A stretch of 64,000 bases of DNA from an uncultured Alphaproteobacteria bacterium. Lineage in GTDB: Bacteria > Pseudomonadota > Alphaproteobacteria > Rhizobiales > Kaistiaceae. The notes below the pieces were generated by a model. The model saw nothing but the letters and a program-made list of their open reading frames with translations. It was not told the DNA's origin and made no database searches. Below are positions 1-7,964 of this stretch, in pieces (position 1 is the stretch's first letter; every line of letters starts with the position of its first letter). The position numbers and the translations under genes are program-made. The stretch lies in assembly GCA_963750065.1 (NCBI GenBank), contig CAVVPK010000048.1:57860-121859 (forward strand). The letters are read 5' to 3'.

Positions 1-1
1 G

Positions 2-778
2 CGCTACGGACTGAACCCCGCGCTGGTCGGCTCCAACTACATATGGGGTTGGGAGACGAACCGCATCGCACGCGAGCTGGTGGAACGCGCCGGTGGCGCG
101 GTCAAGGCGGAGCGTTTCATCCGCCTCGGCGACACCGACATCGCCCATATCATCGCCGAGATCCGGCAAAAGCGACCGGACTTCATCTTCAACACGCTCA
201 TCGGCCCTTCGTCGCACGCCTTCGTCGACGCCTACCACGCGCTCGGCCGCGAGGACCCGGCATTCGCCTCGGACAAGCGGCCGATCGTCAGTTGCAACTG
301 GACCGAAGACGAGGTGGCGGCGCTGGGTGTGAGGGCCGCAGGTCACTTTTCGACAGCGCCCTACTTTCAGTCGCTGGCGACGCCGGCCAATGTCGACCTG
401 CTGGCAACCGCGGCGCGGTTCGCCGGCCATCGGCAGCGTATCTCGGCCTTCTTCGTCCAGGCCTATACCGCCGTCCATGTCATCGCCCGCGGCATCGCGG
501 CAACGGGCGTGGTGGGGGCCGACGCAGTGCTCGCCCACAGCAAGGCCGGGACGTTCGCCTCACCGCTCGGCCCTCTCGGCATCCACGCCGAGACCAACCA
601 CGCGATCCTCACCCCGCACATCGGCAGGGCCGTTGCCGAGGGCGGCTTCGAGATCGTCTCCTCCGCCGAGGCACCGATCATCCCCGATCCCTATCTCATT
701 CGCCTGGATCACAGCGCGGCAACCGTCGCGGCCGACAAAAGCGGGACCGCCGTCCCCTATCTGAGGCTGATCAAATGA
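2..778 (+). CDS. amiC: AmiC-like amide-sensing binding protein (type-I periplasmic-binding fold), C-terminal part; the 5' end lies outside the window
   Basis: The frame is open from nt 2 (RYGLNPALVGSNYIWGWETNRIAREL...) to TGA 776-778. It has Leu/Ile/Val-binding-protein-like sequence. Its stop overlaps the ATG of the ANTAR gene (ATGA), which is the classic amiC-amiR arrangement. Confidence 0.75.
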   Translation, partial: RYGLNPALVGSNYIWGWETNRIARELVERAGGAVKAERFIRLGDTDIAHIIAEIRQKRPDFIFNTLIGPSSHAFVDAYHALGREDPAFASDKRPIVSCNWTEDEVAALGVRAAGHFSTAPYFQSLATPANVDLLATAARFAGHRQRISAFFVQAYTAVHVIARGIAATGVVGADAVLAHSKAGTFASPLGPLGIHAETNHAILTPHIGRAVAEGGFEIVSSAEAPIIPDPYLIRLDHSAATVAADKSGTAVPYLRLIK

Positions 779-1383
779 ACTCAACCTCTCACACCCCGAG
801 CTTCGAAAGCTGGCGCGCGCTGATCGTGCACCGCCCTCACGCGATCGTCGACTCGATCATCCGCCAGCTCCGGCAGATCGGCGTGAGCGCAGACGTCGTG
901 TGGCCCGACCTGCCCGCCGACTTCGACGCGACCGGCTACAACATCATCTTCTTCGACGTGGAAATGGGCCACGACGGCCAGTTTCCCTGGGGCCGCGGTG
1001 CTTCCCCCATGCCCTCCGTCGCGCTGATCGGCAGCGAGGCGCCGGGCCGCATCGAATGGGCGATCCGCCGCGGCGCCGACGCCCACCTGCTCAAGCCGAT
1101 CGGCAGCGGCGGCATCTATTCGGCGATGCTGATCGCCAGCCACGCCTTCGAGCAGCGCCGCCAGCTGCGTGCCGACATCGACGGGTTGCGGTATCGCCTG
1201 TCGCGGCGCGAGGGGCTGGCCGCCGCCACCGCGCAGATCATGGTGACGCAGAACATCTCCGCGGCGCAGGCGTACAAGGCGCTGCGCCTGATGGCGATGG
1301 CCGAGCGTGTCTCCATCGAGGAGATGGCAGCACGCCTGATCGACCCCGGCACGACCGCAGTCCGGCGCAATGACCGCGCTTGA
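775..1383 (+). CDS. amiR: ANTAR-domain antiterminator, AmiR-like (pseudo-receiver, coiled coil, ANTAR)
   Basis: 202 aa. The internal ATG at 775 of ORF 43..1383 overlaps the amiC stop. The C-terminus GLAAATAQIMVTQNISAAQAYKALRLMAMAERVSIEEMAARLI is a typical ANTAR helix bundle. The overall architecture resembles Pseudomonas AmiR. Confidence 0.85.
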   Translation: MNSTSHTPSFESWRALIVHRPHAIVDSIIRQLRQIGVSADVVWPDLPADFDATGYNIIFFDVEMGHDGQFPWGRGASPMPSVALIGSEAPGRIEWAIRRGADAHLLKPIGSGGIYSAMLIASHAFEQRRQLRADIDGLRYRLSRREGLAAATAQIMVTQNISAAQAYKALRLMAMAERVSIEEMAARLIDPGTTAVRRNDRA

Positions 1384-2251
1384 AATCGAAGGCCTGCCGC
1401 AGCGCTCGCTTCTTGGCCGGCTTCTGCGACGCCGCCTGGCACTGTTCGGCCTGGCGGTGATCCTGATCACCGTGCTCGCCGCAATCCTGGCGCCCTGGAT
1501 CACACCCTACCCGCCCGACCAGCAGTTCTTCGACGGGCTGACCCTGGAAGGCGCGCCGCTGCCTCCCAATCCGGAATACTGGCTGGGCACCGACCTGGTC
1601 GGGCGCGACCTGCTCTCGCGCCTGATCTTCGGCGCGCAGACCTCGCTCATCATCGGCATCGCCGCCAATGGCGTGGCGGTGCTGATCGGCACCACGGTCG
1701 GCATCCTCGCCGGCTATTTCGGCGGCCTCATCGGCAGCGTGCTCATGCGCTTCACCGACCTCATGATGGCCTTTCCCGCCTTGCTGCTGGCAATTGTTCT
1801 GGCGGCCATCTTCACGCCCAGCCTGTGGATCGTCGCCCTGGTGATCGCCATGGTGAACTGGGTGCAGGTCGCCCGCGTCATCTATACCGAGACCCGCTCG
1901 CTCGCCGAGCGTGACTTCGTCGTTGCCGAGCGTTCGCTGGGCGCTGGCTCGGGACGCATTCTCGGCCGCCACATCATGCCACATCTGATGCCGACGCTCC
2001 TGGTCTATTCGACCCTGGGCATCTCGACCACGGTGCTGCTCGAAGCGACGCTCAGCTACCTCGGCGTCGGCGTCCAGCCGCCGACGCCTTCGTGGGGCAA
2101 CATCATCTTCGAGAACCAGACGTATTTCAGTTCCGCACCCTGGCTGGTGTTCATCCCCGGGGCGGCGATCATCCTGCTGGCGCTCGCCTTCAACCTCGTC
2201 GGCGATGCCTTGCGCGACATCCTCGATCCCACGCAGCAGGGGCACCACTGA
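1370..2251 (+). CDS. ABC transporter permease, DppC/OppC type
   Basis: 293 aa and multi-TM. The N-terminus ...ILAPWITPYPPDQQ and the EAA-loop region AERSLGAGSGRILGRHIMPHLMPTLLV are typical of peptide/nickel/opine-family permeases. The start lies 14 nt inside amiR. Confidence 0.9.
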   Translation: MTALEIEGLPQRSLLGRLLRRRLALFGLAVILITVLAAILAPWITPYPPDQQFFDGLTLEGAPLPPNPEYWLGTDLVGRDLLSRLIFGAQTSLIIGIAANGVAVLIGTTVGILAGYFGGLIGSVLMRFTDLMMAFPALLLAIVLAAIFTPSLWIVALVIAMVNWVQVARVIYTETRSLAERDFVVAERSLGAGSGRILGRHIMPHLMPTLLVYSTLGISTTVLLEATLSYLGVGVQPPTPSWGNIIFENQTYFSSAPWLVFIPGAAIILLALAFNLVGDALRDILDPTQQGHH

Positions 2252-3171
2252 TGCCCGCTTATATCCTGCGCCGGCTGCTGCAATCGATCCTCATCCTGAT
2301 CGGGATCTCGGTGGTCACCTTTGTGCTGCTCTACCTGCTGCCGGCCGACCCGGTGCGCCAGATCGCCGGCCGCGCCGCGACCGCCGCGACGGTCGCCTCG
2401 ATCCGCCATCAGCTCGGCCTCGACCTGCCGCTTCCTGTGCAGTATGCGCGCTACTTCTGGGGCCTGCTGCACGGCGATCTCGGCCGCTCCTATCTGCAAA
2501 AGACCGAGGTCGCGACGCTGATCTGGGCGCGCTTGCCGGCAACGCTGCTGCTCATGGTCGGCGCCATCGCCAGCGAACTGATCCTCGGCCTGAGCATGGG
2601 CCTGATCGCGGCGCTGAAGCGCGGCACCAAGCTCGACCAGGTGCTGATGGTGATCTCCTTCGTCGGCGTCTCGGCGCCGCAATTCGTCGTCGGTATCTTG
2701 CTCCTCTATGTCTTCGCGGTTCAGCTCAGCTGGTTCCCGATCGGTGGCTACGGTCACTTCTCCAATCTGGTGCTGCCGTCGCTGACCCTCGGCTTCCTCG
2801 GCTCCGGCTGGTACTCGCGCATGATGCGCTCGTCGATGATCGACGTGTTGCGCCAGGACTACATCCGCACCGCCCGCTCGAAAGGCATCAAGCGCGCCAA
2901 GGTACTGCTCATTCACGCTGTGCCCAACGCCGTGCTGCCGATCGTCGCGATGATCGGCATCGACATCGGACTGTTCATGTCAGGCATCGTGGTGGTGGAG
3001 AGCGTCTTCGGCTGGCCGGGCATCGGCCAGTTGGCCTGGCAGGCGATCCAGCGCGTCGACATCCCGATCATCATGGGGGTCACGCTGGTTTCGGCCTGCG
3101 CCATCGTCATCGGCAATCTGATTGCCGACCTCATCGCTCCGCTGATCGACCCGCGGATCAAGCTCCAGTGA
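2251..3171 (+). CDS. ABC transporter permease, DppB/OppB type
   Basis: Internal ATG at 2251 (MPAYILRRLLQSILILIGISVV), with a TGATG overlap with the upstream stop. Motif IRTARSKGIKRAKVLLIHAVPNAVLPIV. 306 aa. Confidence 0.9.
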   Translation: MPAYILRRLLQSILILIGISVVTFVLLYLLPADPVRQIAGRAATAATVASIRHQLGLDLPLPVQYARYFWGLLHGDLGRSYLQKTEVATLIWARLPATLLLMVGAIASELILGLSMGLIAALKRGTKLDQVLMVISFVGVSAPQFVVGILLLYVFAVQLSWFPIGGYGHFSNLVLPSLTLGFLGSGWYSRMMRSSMIDVLRQDYIRTARSKGIKRAKVLLIHAVPNAVLPIVAMIGIDIGLFMSGIVVVESVFGWPGIGQLAWQAIQRVDIPIIMGVTLVSACAIVIGNLIADLIAPLIDPRIKLQ

Positions 3172-3213
3172 AAGGCGACGACCCATTCAACTCGCAAACG
3201 GAAGGAGAGCGTC

Positions 3214-4839
3214 ATGAATAAAGGACTACTTGCAGGCGTAGCGCTTGTCGGCCTCCTGGCCCTCGGCGCGACGGCCTCGGCCGCCGACATCAAGCAGGGC
3301 GGCTCTGTCATCGTCACTTACAAGGACGATGTCTCCACCCTCGATCCCGCGATCGGCTACGACTGGCAGAACTGGTCGATGATCAAGTCGCTGTTCTCGC
3401 GGCTCATGGACTACAAGCCCGGTACGACCGAGCTGATCCCCGATCTCGCCGAGAGCTACGCGATCTCCGACGACGGGCTGACCTACACCTTCAAGCTGCG
3501 CCACGGCGTCAAGTTTCATAACGGCCGCGAGATGACTGCGGACGACGTCGCCTACACGCTCGACCGCACCGTCGATCCCAAGACCCAGAGCCCCGGTCAG
3601 GGCTTCTTCAAGTCGATTGCGGGCTATGACGACATGGCCGGCGGCAAGGCCGATCATCTCGCCGGCGTCAAGGTCGTCGATCCCTACACGATCGCCATCA
3701 CCCTTTCGAAGCCCGACGCCACATTCCTGCAGGTCGTCGCGCTCAACTTCGCCGGCGTCGTCGCCAAGGAAGACGTCGAGAAATGGGGCGCCGACTATGG
3801 CCATCATCCCGACGGCACCGGTGCCTTCTATCTCGACCATTGGAGCCTCGGCCAGGAGGTCGTCTTCAAGCGCAACCCCGATTACTACCTGAAGGGAGCG
3901 CCCTATCTCGACGAGATCGACTTCCAGATCGGCGCCGAACCGCTGACCGCGCTGCTCCAGCTGCAGAAGGGGCAGGTCGACATCGTCGGCGACGGCATTC
4001 CGCCGGCCAAGTTCCTCGAGGTGATGAACAACCCCGACGAGAAGAAGCTGGTGGTCTCGGCGCCGCAGCTGGAGACCAGCTACCTGACCATGAACGTCAA
4101 CATGAAGCCGCTCAACGACGTGCGTGTCCGCCGGGCGATCAACATGGCGATCAACAAGGATCGCATCATCAAGATCATCAACGGCCGTGCCGATCCGGCG
4201 AACCAGCCCCTGCCTCCCGGCATGCCCGGCTACGATCCCAACTTCAAGGGTTATCCCTACGATCCGGCTCAGGCCAAGGCGCTCTTGAAGGATGCCAAGT
4301 ACGACAGCAGCCAATCGATGGACCTCTACGTCTACAACACCGATCCCAATCCGCGTATCGCCCAGGCGATCCAGCAGGATCTGGCTGCGGTCGGCATCAA
4401 GGTGGCGATCAAGTCGCTTGATCAGGCCAACGTCATCGCCGCCGGCGGAACCGAGAACACCGCTCCGCTGATCTGGTCGGGCGGCATGGCGTGGATCGCC
4501 GACTTCCCCGACCCGTCCGATTTCTACGGGCCGATCCTGGGCTGCGCCGGCGCAGTGAAGGGCGGCTGGAACTGGTCGTGGTATTGCAACAAGGACATCG
4601 AGGCCATGGCCGCCAAGGCCGATGCGATGGTGGCGCCGGACCAGGCGCAGGCACGTGCCGATCTGTGGAAGACAATCTTCGACAAGATCATGACCGACGA
4701 TGCGCCGTGGGCGCCGGTGTTCAACGAGAAGCGCTACACCATGCACTCGCCTCGCGTGGGCGGCGATGACGCGCTGTTCGTCGATCCGGTGCATATCCCC
4801 GTCAACTACAACTACATCTACGCAACCGATGCACAATAA
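3214..4839 (+). CDS. ABC transporter substrate-binding protein, family 5 (peptide/nickel/opine type)
   Basis: 541 aa. Signal peptide MNKGLLAGVALVGLLALGATASAADIKQGG. GGAG-rich RBS (ggaaggagag) upstream. Length and sequence are typical of SBP_bac_5. Confidence 0.9.
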   Translation: MNKGLLAGVALVGLLALGATASAADIKQGGSVIVTYKDDVSTLDPAIGYDWQNWSMIKSLFSRLMDYKPGTTELIPDLAESYAISDDGLTYTFKLRHGVKFHNGREMTADDVAYTLDRTVDPKTQSPGQGFFKSIAGYDDMAGGKADHLAGVKVVDPYTIAITLSKPDATFLQVVALNFAGVVAKEDVEKWGADYGHHPDGTGAFYLDHWSLGQEVVFKRNPDYYLKGAPYLDEIDFQIGAEPLTALLQLQKGQVDIVGDGIPPAKFLEVMNNPDEKKLVVSAPQLETSYLTMNVNMKPLNDVRVRRAINMAINKDRIIKIINGRADPANQPLPPGMPGYDPNFKGYPYDPAQAKALLKDAKYDSSQSMDLYVYNTDPNPRIAQAIQQDLAAVGIKVAIKSLDQANVIAAGGTENTAPLIWSGGMAWIADFPDPSDFYGPILGCAGAVKGGWNWSWYCNKDIEAMAAKADAMVAPDQAQARADLWKTIFDKIMTDDAPWAPVFNEKRYTMHSPRVGGDDALFVDPVHIPVNYNYIYATDAQ

Positions 4840-5773
4840 CCACAACCACACGATCCATCGGACGCATCATCATTTCGGCTGGGACAACTCGTTTGCCCCA
4901 GTCGAGACGGTGGCACCGGGATCAACGATCCACTTCGAGTGTCTCGACAGCGGCAGCGGCCACTTCAAACGTGGCAGCACCGTTGCCGATGTCGGCACGC
5001 TCGACTTCTCCAAGGTGAATCCCGTGACCGGTCCCATCTTTATCGATGGGGCCGCGCCGGGGGATGCCATCAAGATTACGGTCGAGCAGTTCGAACCTTC
5101 GGGCTTCGGCTGGACGGCGATCATCCCGAGCTTCGGGCTGCTTGCCGACGAATTCACCGACCCCGGACTGACGCTGTGGACCTACGATCCGGGTTCCATG
5201 GCCCCGGCCGCGTTCTCCAGCCAGGCCAAGGTGCCGCTCAAGCCGTTCGCGGGAACGATCGGACTCGCGCCGGCGGAGAAGGGCCTGCACTCGGTGGTTC
5301 CACCGCGGCGGGTCGGCGGCAACATGGACGTGCGCGACATCAATGTCGGAGCGGAGCTTTACCTGCCGGTCGAGGTTGCCGGCGGGCTCTTCTCCATCGG
5401 CGATACGCACGCCGCCCAAGGCGACGGCGAAATCTGCGGCACGGCCATCGAAAGCGCGATGAACGTGACGCTGAAGCTCGAACTGGTGAAGGACGCGGGG
5501 CTATCCATGCCGCGCTTCACGACGCCGGGGCCGGTCAGCCGCCACCTTGATGCCAAAGGCTATGAGGTGACTACCGGCATCGGCCCCGATCTGATGACCG
5601 GCGCCAAGGCAGCCGTATCGAACATGATCGACCTGCTCGGCAAGCTCCACAACCTCTCCGCACCCGAGGCGTACATGCTGTGCTCGGTCTGCGGGGACCT
5701 GCGCATCTCGGAGATCGTCGACATGCCCAACTGGGTGGTCAGCTTCTACTTTCCCCGGATAGTCTTCGAATAA
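4829..5773 (+). CDS. acetamidase/formamidase family protein
   Basis: Internal ATG at 4829 (MHNNHNHTIHRTHHHFGWDNSFAPVETVAPGSTIHFECLD...), 314 aa. It overlaps the SBP stop by 11 nt. Sequence is FmdA/AmdA-family (…NPVTGPIFIDGAAPGD…GDTHAAQGDGEICGTAIE). Confidence 0.85.
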   Translation: MHNNHNHTIHRTHHHFGWDNSFAPVETVAPGSTIHFECLDSGSGHFKRGSTVADVGTLDFSKVNPVTGPIFIDGAAPGDAIKITVEQFEPSGFGWTAIIPSFGLLADEFTDPGLTLWTYDPGSMAPAAFSSQAKVPLKPFAGTIGLAPAEKGLHSVVPPRRVGGNMDVRDINVGAELYLPVEVAGGLFSIGDTHAAQGDGEICGTAIESAMNVTLKLELVKDAGLSMPRFTTPGPVSRHLDAKGYEVTTGIGPDLMTGAKAAVSNMIDLLGKLHNLSAPEAYMLCSVCGDLRISEIVDMPNWVVSFYFPRIVFE

Positions 5774-5779
5774 ACCACC

Positions 5780-5803
5780 GGGGAGGCGGCACGCCGCCTC
5801 CCC
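5780..5803 (+). other. GC-rich stem-loop between the formamidase and ATPase genes
   Basis: GGGGAGGCGG (5780-5789), loop CACG, CCGCCTCCCC (5794-5803): a perfect 10-bp stem 7 nt after the TAA at 5771-5773. It is followed by TTCTCCGTGTT, which is only a weak U-tract. Confidence 0.6.
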
Positions 5804-5833
5804 TTCTCCGTGTTCCAATCAGTCGGCGACGGC

Positions 5834-7624
5834 ATGGTCTTCAATTCCGCCTCTCATCATCCGCTGCTCTCGGTCCGCGAGCTGGTGACTTCGGTTGCCA
5901 CACCGACCGGCGCCAAGGTGGTCGTCGACCATATTTCCTTCGATCTCGACCGCGGCGAGACGCTTTGCATCGCCGGCGAAAGCGGCTCGGGCAAATCGAT
6001 GACGGCGCTGTCGCTGATGCGCCTGCTGCCCGAACCCATGGCGCGCATCACGTCCGGCCAGGCGCTTTTCAAGGGTCGCGACCTCTTCGGCCTCGGCGAA
6101 GCCGACATGCTGAGCGTGCGCGGCAACGATATCGGCATGATCTTCCAGGAGCCGATGACCTCGCTCAATCCGGTCCTGTCGATCGGCCAGCAGTTGACGG
6201 AAGCAGTCACTGCACACCGTTCGCTGTCGATGAGCGCCGCCCAGGCGGAGGCCAAGCGGCTGCTCGACATCGTCCAGATCCCCGAGGCGGGCCGGCGCCT
6301 CAAGCAATATCCCTTCGAGCTTTCCGGCGGCATGCGGCAGCGCGTGATGATCGCCATCGCGCTGTCGCAGAAACCCGACATCCTGATCGCCGACGAGCCG
6401 ACAACGGCGCTCGACGTGACCGTCCAGGCGCAGATCCTGTCGCTGCTCCGCCATCTGCAGAGCGAGACCGGCTCGGCGCTCATCCTCATCACCCACGACA
6501 TGGGCGTGGTTGCCGAGATGGCCGACCGAGTGCTGGTCATGCGCGACGGCCGCGAAGTCGAACACGCCGCCGTCGGCAGGCTGTTCGCGGAGCCGCAGGC
6601 CGAATACACGCGCAACCTGCTCGACGCCGTGCCGGTGCTCGGTGCCATGAGGGGCAAGGCGGCGCCGATGCGGGCGACGGACGCCGATCAGGCGGGCGTG
6701 CAGACCATCATTGAAGTCAACGACCTGACCGTGCGCTTCGATATCAAGGGCGGGCTTTTGCAGCGCGCCGTCAAGCGCGTGCATGCGGTCGAGGGGGTGA
6801 GCCTCGCGCTCAAGCGCGGCGAGACACTGTCGCTGGTGGGCGAAAGCGGCTGCGGAAAGTCCACCACCGGCAAGGCGATTCTCAATCTCGTGCCCTGGTC
6901 GGGGGATATCTGGGTCGGCGGACGGCACACCGGCGGATTGCTGCACCAGACGATGAAGCCGGTGCTGCGCGACGTGCAGATGGTCTTTCAGGATCCTTAC
7001 GCCTCGCTCGATCCGCGCATGCGGGTCAGGGATCTGGTGGCGGAGCCACTGCTGATCCACGGCATCGCCAACGGTCAGGAGCTTGAGGATCGGGTCGCCT
7101 ATCTCTTCGGACGGGTGGGCCTGCCGCGTGACTTCATGGGGCGTTATCCGCACGAGTTTTCGGGCGGCCAGCGCCAGCGCATCTGCATCGCGCGCGCGCT
7201 CTCACTGTCGCCCAAGGCGATCATTGCGGACGAGTGCGTCTCGGCACTCGATGTGTCGATCCAGGCGCAGGTTCTCGACCTGCTGCAGGACATCCAGAAC
7301 GACACGGGCATCGCCTATCTGTTCATCTCGCACGACATGGCCGTGGTCGAGCAGATCAGCCACCGCGTGGCGGTGATGTATATGGGCCGCATCGTCGAGA
7401 TGGGCACGCGTGCCCATCTCTTCGAAAATCCTCAGCACCCCTATACCAAAACTCTGCTGGATGCGGTTCCGGTTCCCGACCCGGTGCGCGCCAAGCGGCA
7501 ATACGTGCCCTTCGTCGGCGAACTGCCGAGCCCGGTGCATGATCTCGGCTACGAGCCCCAGCCGCTGGAATATCGGACGATCGCCGACGGGCACATGGTC
7601 GCAGCCGATCCGGCGGCAGAGTGA
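5834..7624 (+). CDS. ABC transporter ATP-binding protein, fused double ATPase (DppD-DppF type)
   Basis: Two Walker A motifs (GESGSGKS, GESGCGKS) and two signature motifs (LSGGMRQR, FSGGQRQR). Start is ATG 5834 (MVFNSASHHPLLSVREL). GTG 5810 is the longest alternative but lies against the hairpin and has no RBS. Confidence 0.85.
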   Translation: MVFNSASHHPLLSVRELVTSVATPTGAKVVVDHISFDLDRGETLCIAGESGSGKSMTALSLMRLLPEPMARITSGQALFKGRDLFGLGEADMLSVRGNDIGMIFQEPMTSLNPVLSIGQQLTEAVTAHRSLSMSAAQAEAKRLLDIVQIPEAGRRLKQYPFELSGGMRQRVMIAIALSQKPDILIADEPTTALDVTVQAQILSLLRHLQSETGSALILITHDMGVVAEMADRVLVMRDGREVEHAAVGRLFAEPQAEYTRNLLDAVPVLGAMRGKAAPMRATDADQAGVQTIIEVNDLTVRFDIKGGLLQRAVKRVHAVEGVSLALKRGETLSLVGESGCGKSTTGKAILNLVPWSGDIWVGGRHTGGLLHQTMKPVLRDVQMVFQDPYASLDPRMRVRDLVAEPLLIHGIANGQELEDRVAYLFGRVGLPRDFMGRYPHEFSGGQRQRICIARALSLSPKAIIADECVSALDVSIQAQVLDLLQDIQNDTGIAYLFISHDMAVVEQISHRVAVMYMGRIVEMGTRAHLFENPQHPYTKTLLDAVPVPDPVRAKRQYVPFVGELPSPVHDLGYEPQPLEYRTIADGHMVAADPAAE

Positions 7625-7648
7625 AAGTGCTCCACCGGGGAACGCCTG

Positions 7649-7680
7649 CTTGGCGTCTTTTCGCGCCAAGAGACTTTTAG
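7649..7680 (+). terminator. candidate intrinsic terminator of the amidase/transport operon
   Basis: CTTGGCG (7649-7655) pairs with CGCCAAG (7664-7670), with an 8-nt loop, followed by AGACTTTTAG. It lies 25 nt after the ATPase stop. The stem is short, so confidence is modest. Confidence 0.4.
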
Positions 7681-7964
7681 CCCTTCTCTATCGCCCCAAG
7701 CCGCGGCCCTGGCGCGGCCTTCTCTGCCGGCTGAAGAGCACGCCAATCCCGGGTGACCGCCTGGCTGCGCTGGCAATCCCGCGCGCCTGTTGCGTGGTCC
7801 CTCCCGACGAGCGGCATGAAGCGAACATCCTGCGCCACAAACGAATATGCCTCCACGACACGCCGCGGCAGGGCCTCGTCGTCCAATGCAACGGGGCAGG
7901 CCCGGCACTTTCCTGGTGACAAAGCGAGCCCGATGACGTATCGTTCGTTCGTTGGACGAACTAA

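Noticed and set aside
3226-4851. 541-aa minus-strand ORF that almost exactly mirrors the 541-aa SBP gene at 3214..4839
   Set aside because: It is the mirror frame of a strongly GC3-biased gene. The product is Arg/Asp/Gly/Val-rich and repetitive. The plus-strand product has a signal peptide and family-5 SBP sequence.
3172-5833. Search for an ANTAR RNA target (two tandem hexaloop hairpins) in the short intergenic spaces of the amiCR-linked operon
   Set aside because: The spacer at 3172-3213 has no hairpins. The spacer at 5774-5833 has a single tetraloop hairpin only. No dual-hexaloop motif is visible by eye, and a covariance-model scan is needed.
5819-7153. 444-aa minus-strand ORF inside the fused ATPase gene, plus similar ORFs at 11712..13277, 18702..19661, 20684..21622, 24254..25528, 26651..28219, 35610..36539, 36710..37933, 40057..41517, 46058..47071, 48500..49534, 54027..55163, 57975..59015 and 60774..61673
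   Set aside because: All are antisense to, or frame-shifted against, genes with Walker, EAA or other catalytic motifs. I saw none with an RBS or a recognisable domain.
7677-7900. Possible ~75-aa minus-strand gene in the gap before the ROK gene (…CRACPVALDDEALPRRVVEAYSFVAQDVRFMPLVGRD…)
   Set aside because: GC3 is moderately high, but there is no convincing start or RBS and no recognisable family. The upstream continuation has non-coding composition. It is mentioned in a finding but not called as a feature.
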